Assembly (NCBI GenBank): GCA_002269645.1
Contig: NIVC01004539.1
Span: 1 to 42,792, forward strand
Direction: 5' to 3'
Origin: Macrostomum lignano
Lineage: Eukaryota
DNA: 42,792 nt
Made by a program: the position numbers and the translations under genes. Below, in pieces: positions 24,201 to 35,565 of the stretch. A model generated the notes under the pieces. That model did not search any database. It saw nothing but the letters and a program-made list of their open reading frames with translations, and was not told the DNA's origin. The stretch's first letter is position 1; every line of letters starts with the position of its first letter.

Positions 24201-24710
24201 GGGGTGCCTTCAACTACTGAGGCAATTTTTCTACCATTAGCCGGACAGATGGAGTCAATCCGATTGCCGCTGCCGCTCCAGGCGCCGCCGCTGTACACTC
24301 CTTTGTTGACTTCCTGCGAATATGGAGTGCACAAGTTATTGTTTGCAGAGGGTTCTACACTTGCTGAGACCATTGTTAATGACTTTGCGTCACTAATTGC
24401 AACAATACTGAATTTCCAAATCATCAGGCATGTACACCCTCTGTGCCTTAAGGGTTGGTCCTCTAAGTTACCATAAAAACATAAATTTCAAGCTTAATAA
24501 TAACAACAATTCAGTACACAGTGTACTTAAATATTGATTACTAACCTCTAGTCCAAGATCTTTCAGCCAAGCATACTTAGGCTCATTAATTAGGTATCCA
24601 GGTGAGGAGGACATTGCCGCTCTGAGATTGTGCTGCACTTGCAGTAGCCTCGGTAGTTGATAAAGTCGGGCAACGTTGGTCAAAGAGAATCGTCCAATTG
24701 GCAATGGCAT
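18597..24710 (-). CDS. ALDH7A1: Alpha-aminoadipic semialdehyde dehydrogenase / antiquitin (553 aa from first ATG)
   Basis: Exons 24710-24546, 24313-23954, 22222-21881, 21566-21265, 20909-20687, 18866-18597. [26 protein letters not shown], catalytic Glu in LLELGGNN, catalytic Cys in GTAGQRCT, C-terminus [13 protein letters not shown]. Confidence 0.97.
18909..20520. repeat. 14/16-bp minisatellite (accaatctcactc[a/tct]) in ALDH7A1 intron 5
   Basis: Directly visible. It is interrupted by a SINE at 19918-20273. Confidence 0.97.
19918..20273 (+). mobile_element. tRNA-derived SINE (family B) inserted into the minisatellite
   Basis: Head gcgggggcccagcggtagcgcag (A-box-like), ggctcgattcc (B-box-like), unique body, ends in ctctaata. 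aatctcactctct is present on both sides. Confidence 0.7.
20937..21258. repeat. (GACA)n microsatellite filling ALDH7A1 intron 4
   Basis: Directly visible. It shares the acactaagacag variant with the 4.2-kb array. Confidence 0.97.
21642..21865. repeat. ~24-28-bp degenerate minisatellite (tttggcacccttgacctccc) in ALDH7A1 intron 3
   Basis: About eight visible units. Confidence 0.9.
22961..23900. repeat. 18/24-bp minisatellite (ccccactaggtcctcaggtcagga) in ALDH7A1 intron 2
   Basis: Directly visible. It is the source of the spurious SSGQDPT ORF. Confidence 0.96.
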
Positions 24711-25224
24711 AGAGTGAGCCGATTATCGATTTTATTGTCTAAACTTTGCTTGACACACGATAATTAATAGCTTTCAGTTCGGCCTTGAGAACTCTAGTTT
24801 GTTGGCATTAAATGGAAACATCACAACATGGTACAGTATATATGGATGGCTAGGCAAAGAGACCACAAGTCAAAACTAGCAAACACTACTAATATTTCAT
24901 TGCTGGTGTAAACTAGGAAGGTTGCAAGTAAGGAAGGAGAGTATAAATTGGAAGCAGTCACGAAATTTCAATTGCAACATTAGCAAACAATAATATGTAC
25001 CTAAATGCCTCTAAAATATATCTAAATTAACTTGTATAAGAGCCCAAAAATCTTCATCAAACATTTAGGTTTGGAAAAAAAAGACAAACAAAGAGTTATA
25101 GCAAAGTTATAGCAATATAAAATTATTTCATATAGTTTTTTCATTTGTAGCCTTGTCTTAGGCCTAGTTCTAGGTAGAAATTTAAATTTATTTTTAAAAA
25201 GAAAGGCTAGGCTTATCTATTAAT

Positions 25225-26207
25225 ACTTAAAAGCTTAACTAACTTAACAATATAATTGTTAAGAAAGTTTGATAGTCTATTTTGTCTAGGCCTTGTTATT
25301 ATTAAAATGTTTATGGTTATGTGCTACCCCCCTTATTTATACTAGCTATACAACTTTTGACAAAAATGTGACTTATATATAAAAGAAACCAAAGTAAAAA
25401 CTAATATAATTTTGGGTAAATGGCAGGAGTAATGACTTTATTAATGAAGCTAAATGCTTTATCATCTATGTAGTACTAGGTATATATATATATTTTTCCA
25501 GATAGGCATATAAGGCATTTTATAGATGCTAGTCACTTCAGTGACAAGACATTTTGGCAATAATTTTGTGACAAATAACATACATGCGCAACCTTGAGAA
25601 TTATTTGGCCATTTCTATTGGCAACATATACATGTAAGTTGCTATTGGCTAAGAGCAGTCACGTGACTACTCTTCTATCCAATAGTGACTTATATGTATG
25701 TTACCAATAGAAATTATTACTTAAAAGCTTAACTAACTTAACAATATAATTGTTAAGAAAGTTTGATAGTCTATTTTGTCTAGGCCTTGTTATTATTAAA
25801 ATGTTTATGGTTATGTGCTACCCCCTTATTTATACTAGCTATACAACTTTTGACAAAAATGTGACTTATATATAAAAGAAACCAAAGTAAAAACTAATAT
25901 AATTTTGGGTAAATGGCAGGAGTAATGACTTTATTAATGAAGCTAAATGCTTTATCATCTATGTAGTACTAGGTATATATATATATTTTTCCAGATAGGC
26001 ATATAAGGCATTTTATAGATGCTAGTCACTTCAGTGACAAGACATTTTGGCAATAATTTTGTGACAAATAACATACATGCGCAACCTTGAGAATTATTTG
26101 GCCATTTCTATTGGCAACATATACATGTAAGTTGCTATTGGCTAAGAGCAGTCACGTGACTACTCTTCTATCCAATAGTGACTTATATGTATGTTACCAA
26201 TAGAAAT
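25225..26207. repeat. Near-perfect ~493-bp tandem duplication upstream of ALDH7A1
   Basis: Unit 1 starts acttaaaagc at 25225 and unit 2 at 25719. The only difference I spotted is C6 vs C5 in gtgcta(c)n. Confidence 0.93.
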
Positions 26208-26211
26208 GGCC
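26100..26211. mobile_element. Palindromic MITE-like element centred on gtcacgtgac (truncated copy at 25607-25714)
   Basis: Arms ggccatttctattgg... / ...ccaatagaaatggcc. Weaker symmetry extends outward to caacct...aggttg. Confidence 0.7.
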
Positions 26212-27023
26212 AGGTAAATCCCTAGGTTGCATCCAAGAATAACAAATAAACATTTTGGCAATAGCAATTATCATATTTACTTGAATAACTGCATGTATAA
26301 ATACTATGTACAAATTTCCAATATACAAGTTGCTTAATTTTAGTGCTATGTAGCACTATTGCAAAATTAGTTATAGGCCTTATTCATATATAACCCAATT
26401 GCAATGCATCGGCATTTTGATAGATAGCATCTAGTGTGGATTAGCCTAGCACAGTGCAGCATGGCAAAGCAGCAGGAGGCCTAGCATAGTATAAGAAAAC
26501 AGCAAGAGACAAAAAAAGCTAAAAAGCAAAGTACTTCTCTCTATCTATCAACTACCATGCTACTGTGGTATAGTTAAGGTAGGCATCCGGCATATCTAAG
26601 TCATGCACTACAATAGGGATGTATAACATTTACTATGTCTAAGCATGTTTATAAATCTATGCTACATGTTTGCAAGATCTGAAATTGTATTCCAAAAAGG
26701 TGCTATATTGGCAACTAACAACCTAGAAAGTGGAAATTTAGCACAAAACCTAGGTCCTACACTATTAATAAGCAAATAAATAAGTTTAATTTGATAATGG
26801 GCATAGTTCTAGTTTACTTCATTATATTATTCTGCCTTTTGTTAAATTATTTCTTCTATCAATTTCAGGTTCAAGGTCAAGTCAAGTCCTAAACAGGATA
26901 ATAAACAAAGGCCCAGTACAGCATGGCGCCAAAGGGGTTATTATAGTACATGCCGCGCCAGATATACTTCTCGAGATGGGCCTTGAAAAGTGCGTTGCTC
27001 AAAGGGTTGTGGTAGGAGTACAG

Positions 27024-29690
27024 TAGAGCTGTCACGAGATCTTGAAGAGACAAGATTCGAGACAAGATCTCGACATTTTTTCTCGTCTCAAGAAATCTCG
27101 AATTTTGTCAAGAAATTCGAGACGAGATTCAAGAATTTTTCTGATACCTTTTTTCAAAAGCTTTTAAGTGATAAGATTGTTGTTGTTTGTTGTAACACGC
27201 TTGATAGGGCAATTTTCAAATGGTAAAATCTAGCCAATATCAAGCAATTATTTAACGAACATCGTTATATACAAGTTTGCATTGCATATGCATTCTTTTA
27301 GTTATCATTTCAGTTCTACAGCAAGGTATATCATAGCACACTTGAAGACAATCTACACAGGTCTTTTTTGACGAATTAGTAATAGACATAGTAGGGCCAA
27401 GGGCCTATATGTTACAAGCATAAATTCTTATGAATAAATAGCAAAGAATTTAAACTAGAATTAAGAAAGTATTCTGCAAAATCTAAAAAAATATATTTTA
27501 GAATTGTATCTTATCAAGACATTTAAGACAAGATAAGGCAAGATAAGAGCAAGACAAGATGCAATTCTGAAATATATTTTTTAGATTTACTTTGTCTTGT
27601 CTCGTCTCGAAATTCTTGACTTATAAGTAGGGACTCCAGTGAGGTTACCGTAAAGCAATAATTACACGAAAAATCGTAAAATAATGTTTTTTAAAAATGA
27701 AATTGCCATGCATAGAAAATGTTTATAGTAAAAACAAAATATACATGTTAAAGAAGAGTTTCTATTCTTTTTAATGAGATAAAGAAACAAAAAATATATA
27801 CATTGTATGCAGGGTAATGTCCCACTGAACTTCGTCTTTTTTTTAATACACTCGTTTTGTTGCCAAAAAAAGTGACTTTCGAAAGTTCGTTTTTTTGTTG
27901 GAAAGCAATTATTTTAACAAAATATAACTATTTATTGATACAAACAACTATATTTACAAACATTTTTTGACATTTTGAGAAGAAATTTTTTTTCTTTTTT
28001 CCCTATTTAGACAGTATAAAAAAATTAAAGTTGAATAAAAATCGTACCCGTATTTCCGAAGCTTAGTAAAACCCGAAAATGAATGCTACTCCGTAATATG
28101 ATTACATTAAAAAAAACCGCACATGTCTATCTACATCCGCCAAAAAGTTATTGAAGCCTGTTTTTTGCCTATCTCTTCAGTGTAAAATAGACAGATAAAA
28201 CAGAAAATTTAAATTTTTTTCTAGCAGTAATTTCCGAAGACTATTCTTCTACTGCATTTAATAGAGGAACTTATAGGAATTCTTCACAGCACTTTTATAT
28301 CTTTCCACATACATCCGCCGAGGAGCAGCAGCAATGTTTGCTTTTTAGTAGCGATACTACTTACATACTACTTATATAAAAAGTGGCTTATTATGGCTTT
28401 TCTTAACCAAAAAGAAGACGTTTTACCATTGCAAATTAGTTTTGAAGGCAAAATAATACAAATAAATGTAGGCTTTAGCTTATTGAGCTATAGCAATTGC
28501 AATCCCAATAAATGACCCCTTGAATGCATGTAACCTTGGTCTGCAATTCAAACTCCCATAAAAATAAACTGAATTTCATAAGAAATTGTGTTTATTCCAT
28601 TTGTAAGTTTAATAAGCAACTTCACAATATACAATTTTAAGTACAATATATTTTTAAATACTTCTTTACACTTGTTTACAGAAATGTTCATCGGTAACTT
28701 TATTCACAATATACAATTTTACAATAAGGATAGGCTCAATCAAAAAATATACAAGACAATAGTATCAACAATTATTTACCTATATGTTTTACAGTTAAAA
28801 AGCAAAGCAGACAATATACATTATGTGTGTAAAGACAATAAGCATTAAATATATGCTAACTTCAGTCTTCAGTTGCAGCTACTCAACAAGCAATAATATT
28901 GGAAAAAAAGAACAAGAGCTTTTAAATAAACCAAAGTACACAAAAAACATTTTCATATGTTTTTCATTAAAAAAACAAATCAAACTTTATATATATTCAT
29001 TATTCTAAAAAATATAATCATTCAAAGTTGAAAAATGTGCAATTTTAAGATATGCTATCAAGTTCCAGTAGCAAAAAAGTCACAAAATTGGTGAATTTTT
29101 TAACCTTTGACAATATATAGGAAAAAATGGTATAAAAATATATACTTTTATATGTTGTGGAGTAAACAAATAAAAAAGATTTCAGAAAAAGCAATTAACT
29201 TTTAAATAATAGTCATTTGAAATTTTAATTTTGCTCTATTTTTGATGTGCATTTTTCACTTTTTAAAAATTCAAATGCAAACCCCAAGAAAGATACATTA
29301 GAAAGAATAAAAACAATTTGTTAATCTTATGTAGAACTGCTTGCTCTTTAAAATGATACCAGACTCAATATTGTATGTTGAATAGCAAAAAAGATATGAC
29401 AACAAAAAGTGAAAAATTTTGTTTTCGTACATCTAATGGCAACAATCTATAATGTATTTTTCCTATCTAAAAAACGTAATTTTTTGGGCACAAAAAATGC
29501 TATAACTTTTTTATTACTCAACCAAATTTAATAAGTGAAGCCATTTTGTGATGCTGTTATTGTCCTCTATCAGATACATATCTGAAAATATATAAATTTT
29601 AAAGTTTCAAAATCTCACTGGAGTCCCTATTATAAGCCTTTTTCGTCTCAAATCTCGTCTCGAATAAAATCTCTAATTTTGACAGCTCTA
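27024..29690. mobile_element. Non-autonomous hAT DNA transposon (Buster-type nnnTAnnn TSD)
   Basis: 11-bp TIR tagagctgtca / tgacagctcta, perfect 8-bp TSD gagtacag (27016-27023 and 29691-29698), subterminal gagacgag/ctcgtctc repeats. Confidence 0.9.
27628..29629. mobile_element. Nested ~2.0-kb TIR element inside the hAT copy; superfamily unresolved
   Basis: 16-bp perfect TIR tagggactccagtgag / ctcactggagtcccta, ttataag on both flanks, AT-rich interior with no intact ORF. Confidence 0.85.
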
Positions 29691-32436
29691 GAGTACAGAT
29701 GCAAGAAAATACATGATGAAAAATTAATATAACAAAGTAAAGTAGAATTATGAAATAATATAACGAAGTAAACTAGAACTATGTCTGATAATGATTTATA
29801 CTTATTAAAATTTTACTTTAAATGCAAGACAAATCTATATGTTAACTTAGGTTAGCTAGCTATATACTTTATATAAAATTAAAAATAAATAAGAATATGA
29901 TATTATATCCTATTTACTTTAGGCCTACTATACTCTATAATATATGATATAATTAATATAATATTTAAATTGAAAGTTAAATAGGATGAAATTCAAGCCT
30001 AGGGCTAGGCCTATTGCATAGGCCTAATCTAAGGCTATGTCCAAGTTTAAAAAATTCAAGCAATTTAGCCAGTTAGGCCAACATTCTAAAAAATTAAATG
30101 CTTTCAATATGTAATAGGGGACCTACTGCATAGGCAATAATAAGAAAAATTATATGGAATATGCCTATGACCTATCATACCTATGTTGTACAATATCTAT
30201 AGACATAGTCTATATTATAAATTTATAGGCCATAGCCCCAGTTACTTATAGTATTATTAAATGACTAAACTTAAAGTACCCTATAGAGGTAGGGTTTATA
30301 CCTCTATAACCTTCGGAAGTCTTGACTCTTGAAAAGATCTATGCAAAACTGCCACCCTAATTCTCGCTTTATATGCTGTTAATGCTACATAGTCATCGGC
30401 CTACTATATACTATAGTAAAGATAAAGAATAAAGATTCAGCTCTACATTCTATTCTACAAACAGTCCGTTCTTAGAGTCAGACATTTATCTGTTTGTTTT
30501 TGTTTTTGCTTTTCGTAAGACCTCACAAACATGTCGAGGGTCCTTTCATTAAATGTCGAGTTCATGAACAGCTCGCTTGCAGCTGCGCTGTGCATTAGCC
30601 GGCGACATGCACGCCGCGGCGGGTCGTGCGTACGCTGTCATCATGCGTGCACGCCTCAACAATTTTTGTTGTTTAAAATGACGCCAAAACTGTGGCTGTT
30701 ATATTTTATCAATTTTGATTCCAGAATTTGAGAATTCCAGAAGCATTTTGATTTTTCGAAGCATAACTTTTTAGCTCATAATTTAGGGGCTTGACTATAC
30801 TTTTAATTTTAAGTATAAAATTTTAACTTTAGGCATTTCAGGTAAATTAAAACTTTCCTCGAAGGTAAAGCTGTGCATATAGAGCACATCGTTATTTACA
30901 CGGCTATTTTTCTTGCATTAATTCTGGTCGCTTCGTGAAAATTTTCTTTTATAATAAGCAGTTAAAATGTAACCTAACCTGTGTCTGGGTATAATAACGA
31001 TAGAAGATGTTAATATAGCTCAACTCAAATTAAAATTTTTGTTAGAGTGAAATATGTTATTTATTGTTACATTTATTCTCGTACATAATAATTTAATATA
31101 ACAGCTTAGCGGGAAATTGCTTACTGTGAACAATTTGGTACGTGAGAATACCAAGTCCTCTTAGACAGCATCATAAATCTGAAAAAAAATTAATAGCGGA
31201 TATAAACAATTATTTCACATGTGTACGAGCTACATGTTACTTTGTTTATTATTGTTTGCTACTATGTACTGTATTTCTAAACATTTTCCTAAACGAGTTG
31301 CGTATTGTTGGGTTCAAAATTAGCATTATTATTCAGATTTTGTTATTTGGAAGATTTGAGCCGCTAATAAAAATTTATTGCAAAAAATAAGCAATTAAAA
31401 AAGAGTTTAGTAAATTATAGTGGCGCGCACTGACGCACAGAAATACATGTATTAATTGAAAAGCTATAGTGACGCAACCCTAAGCAAATGGAATGCCAAT
31501 TGATATTTGATGTCGTCTAATTGTCTTTGTGGACAGAGGCTATTGTAGAATTAGTTGGGGACATGCCCTTGGCAACGATCCCAATGCAGGCAAACGTTCA
31601 ATGCAAAGAGCGGCAAAATTTGAGCTTCTGCGTCGTTCGTCAAGTTTGGTTGACGTCATGTTCTTTTCACTGACATGTAGTTTTTCAGAAGTTAAAATGG
31701 TGACGGTGTTTTGTGGGGGCGATTTGTTGGCCGGGGGTGGTCCTCTTTACGTGCACGCAATACTATATGCGATGCATCCGTATACACATGTAGCTATATG
31801 CATAGGCTAATATGGAAGCTCTTACATGGTACACGGAATGTATCAGGAGAAAAAGTCAAACCAAGCCCTGCAGTATCTCTAGAGACTGTCGATTGCTAGG
31901 GAAAGTGAGGGATCGGAGTGAGAACAATATTGCTCTCTAACACAACAGGAGCTAAGCTTCCACCTCGCAGAAAAACTGACAAAAAGCAGATAGAATAAAA
32001 CTTCTTAGTGTGGGATTTGACCCAGCGCAGTCAAGTATGCAATTTTACCGGCAGCGAAAAGAGGTGCTGCAGCGGCAGCAGCTAGGGGGGGGACTAGAAG
32101 AAGAAGCCGATTGTCAATGCAAGAATGTGCACACGAGCGTAGAGACATGCCTCTTTGACTTCCCAGCGACTTCTGCCCTAACCTCATGAATGCATTAGCA
32201 CTCGATTTTGAGACTATAGAAGTCCGGTATAGCATTTAAACTCAGTTACCTTGGTAACTAAACATGTTTACTCCGTAGCTACTGCGAGCTTGAGACATTG
32301 TGGGGTGGGTGAAGCGCACAATTGGCAACTTGAAATGGCTATAAAGTTGCTGCATCAGCGCGCTCCTCTGCACAGCTCCGTTAACTAAGACAGCTTTTAT
32401 CTGCAGCAATTGCTTTTTCAGCTGGAATTATAGTTA

Positions 32437-34979
32437 ATGTCTACAAGTATTCTCAGAATTGCCATTATATTGGCAGTTCTGGTTTCACTTACATCTCCAC
32501 TGACTTTTGTCTTCGACAAGAGGCCGGACCTGTGCTACAATGCTGCGACTGATGCGAGCGGTCAGCGCACAGTGCTCGGGGTCGCCGATGCTCGAGTGTG
32601 CGCTGTCGAATGCGCGAGCAACACGACCCTGTGCTCAGTCTATGAGTACTTGCATAGCAACCGGTCATGCATTCTCGGAGACAGCTGCAACCTGCTGCTT
32701 TACTGGCAGCTCAGCACCGGGCCGGTCTGCAACACGCAGGTGCTGCGAACCAGAGCAGATTGTGAGACTACTTCGATGAGACCTGCGGCTCCGACTACTA
32801 CGACTCCGATTACGACTTCGACTACGACCTCAACGACTGCAACACCGATGGTCGTCTTTAATGGTAGGCGGAATTTTTAATATTTTTATAATTAATGCTA
32901 TATAATAGGCGTTGAAAATCTTGGTATATCTTTTTCAAGCAATCGGCGTGTACAAAATTTATATGCACACAATTATTTACGCCACTACTTTTTCTCTCTT
33001 AGTGGAGTCAAAGCTGATAAAAGCATAAGTGAAACGAAGTATATCATTTATGCCTTACTGGCTGTACATGTATAATAATATTGTACATCATATCCTCTTC
33101 TACCTATGGAATAGTACGAGCGTATAGTCTCTCCCTAGAGGAATTTCATCTGTCGAAATGCCGACGCATGTATGAATCAGGGACCAGGGAGTTAAAGAAA
33201 GAACTGATCATGATGATGCAAATTTTTTTCAAATTCTACATTCGCATATTGGCCTAAGTGCAGTATTGACTACTGGCAGTTGGTCTTTGTCATTTTTCTC
33301 TCTTATTTGGGAGCTATTTCTTAAAGTAATATATAAGACTTGTTAATTATGTTTTTCTCTGTCACCTTTGCACTCTTTCTAGGAGACGATTCTTACATAT
33401 TTTTGCTAACATATGTATATAAGTTTCAAGTCCACACGTGCTTATTGATGGGTCATCATGAGTTGTATAGGATCGATCAGAGCCTGCATACCGGGTACAT
33501 GTTTATGAGTTTCTTAGACGCTTAAAAGCTTCAATAGATCTGTTTTGTACCACAGGAATTCTCTGGGATCAGCCCAAATCTTCCCATCTTCATATTCTGT
33601 ACCTTCCGCTTGATTATTTACCTTGAGTGCAAAATTTTACATTGTTTTCTGTTCATTTATTTGCTGAAACAGGATACTCCGGCAAGTTCAGAGACTTTGA
33701 TCGCATTGACACCCGGTGCAGCAACCCCTGAAACCTCGTTCTTTTCTCCTGGCTCCCCATCATTACTGCTCAAAAAAAGAAAAGTCATTGGTAATTTGTC
33801 AGCAGTAGCTGTCACCCTGTCTAGAAGCCTCGATATGACTGTGGAATCCAAGGTCACCTGCAGGTTGAGAATATGATTAGTTGCGCTTTGAGAAATTTGA
33901 GTGCTTCGACAGGTTCTGTGAGGAAACTTAGTGAGAAAACCAAACCATAAGGGCTGCAAATGACCAACAAGCGAAATCGATCTCTGTCACTCAAATCGAC
34001 AAGACATTGTCTTGTCAGTAATGAACAAGCAGCACATCCAGCAGCCATTCGCAGGCTAAATATACTTTTAATGCTCAGATTGTAAATACATTTTCCGCGA
34101 AGTGTTAGAGTACATTTAGCGACTTCTAGAATGTACACGTAATGGATTTCAATTGAGCGCTCATCCCTTATCAAACGCACTTCAGCGAGTGGCACAACTG
34201 GAAAGACGGGATCAGTGCAATCCTTCAAACCACCGGAAGTGAACACCTGCTACAAAATCGAAGCGTGGGGCGCCAACGGTGGCCAGTCAACAAAAGGTGC
34301 AACTGGAGGCAAAGGAGCTTACAAAATGGCCTATTTCAATCTGACCGAGACGCTCAAGATTGTCGTTGGAAAGTCTGGGACCAACTCAGGAAGTGATCAC
34401 AGCAATAACGGCGGCGGCGGCGGTGGAGGCGGAACCTTTGTCTATATAACCAGAAGCAGTAACTCGCATCAGCTGCTTATGGCTGCCGGAGGAGGCGGTG
34501 GAGGCGGTGATGGCTCCAGCTCGTACTCGGGAAAAGACGGCAGCGATGGCACTAGCAGCACTTGTTCCGGCTCGACTGTCGGACAGGGAGGTCCCAGCAA
34601 GGGCACTGACAGGTCTGGCGGCAGTGGAGCTGGCTGGGGCTCTGCTGGAGATTCCGGACCCACAGGCAACAATGGAGGCTATGGAGGACAGAGCGCCACC
34701 GGAAGCTGGACGGGAGGCGACGCAGACGGCAAAGGCGATGGTGGCTACGGCGGAGGCGGCGGAGGCGGCGGCACAGACGGTAGCGGCGGAGGCGCCGGCG
34801 GCGGAGGCGGCGGCTACTCCGGTGGTTGCGGCGGATCAGGCAGCAGCGGCGTTGGAGGAGGCGGAGGCGGCAGCTTCGTGGACGCATCGGGTAGGAACTC
34901 CGAGGGATCGAACGGGCACAACAGCGGTCCTCCTGGAAAGGTCGTCATTGCAGCCGTCGCTCGTGCCAACTGCAACTAA
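32437..34979 (+). CDS. Secreted protein: signal peptide + PAN/Apple-like domain + Thr-rich stalk + ALK/LTK-type glycine-rich domain (406 aa)
   Basis: Exons 32437-32863 and 34186-34979 join in phase 1 (VVFN|ASGTTGKTGSVQSF). PAN-like CAVECASNTTLCSVYEYLHSNRSCIL. GRD hallmarks YKIEAWGANGG, LKIVVG, GGGGGGTFV, LLMAAGGGGG, GGGGGSFV, NSGPPGKVVI. No TM segment. Confidence 0.85.
33100..34048 (-). pseudogene. Unidentified degenerate antisense coding remnant in the intron of the PAN-GRD gene
   Basis: Overlapping minus-strand frames give protein-like text across two apparent frameshifts and several stops: MAAGCAACSLL...SPYGLVFSLSFL / LQVTLDSTVISRLLDRV...VSELAG / FALKVNNQAEGTEYEDGKIWADPREFLWYK. No family recognised. 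Confidence 0.35.
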
Positions 34980-35243
34980 GAAGTTAAGGAGTTAAACGCT
35001 GGACATCAATGAATAAATTGCTCTAAGATAAGGAAGCATTGTGAAATCGAACAGCCAACTAAAACATCGAACCAAAATCCAATCAAAACCCATAGTTTTC
35101 GAGGGATATTGCATTGGAAGAATGTTAAATATCTCATTGTAGCACTAAATTGGCAGGCTCAAGGCCATTACTTGTAGTGTTTATCATTGGCTAAACACTT
35201 TTTGGCGCTGATTATCTCAGAAATGAGCTGGAGGTCGGTAACA

Positions 35244-35565
35244 GGGGGTTGTATAGCCTATTGTGGTCAGAGAGTCGGACTTGTGAATAAAAGGTAGGGG
35301 GTTCGATTCTCGATCCATTCGGGACAAATTGTGTCCTTGAGCAAGACACTTAACTCTGCATTGCTTCAGTTCCACCCAGCTGTAAAATGGGTGCCAGTAT
35401 TAGCTGGGGTAATTGAGGGTGTGTGTGGCGACCCCCCCCCCCCAGTCCTTGGACTGAACAGCCGTACGCAGCCTTCAGATGCGCCGCGCAATAGCTGCGG
35501 CTGAGCTGTCTCTCAGTTGCACATCTGACCATTAGGGCAGGTGTATTAAATAATTATTTTATTAC
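35244..35565 (+). mobile_element. tRNA-derived CORE-type SINE (family A, copy 2)
   Basis: Co-linear and highly similar to 1930-2240. Confidence 0.85.
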
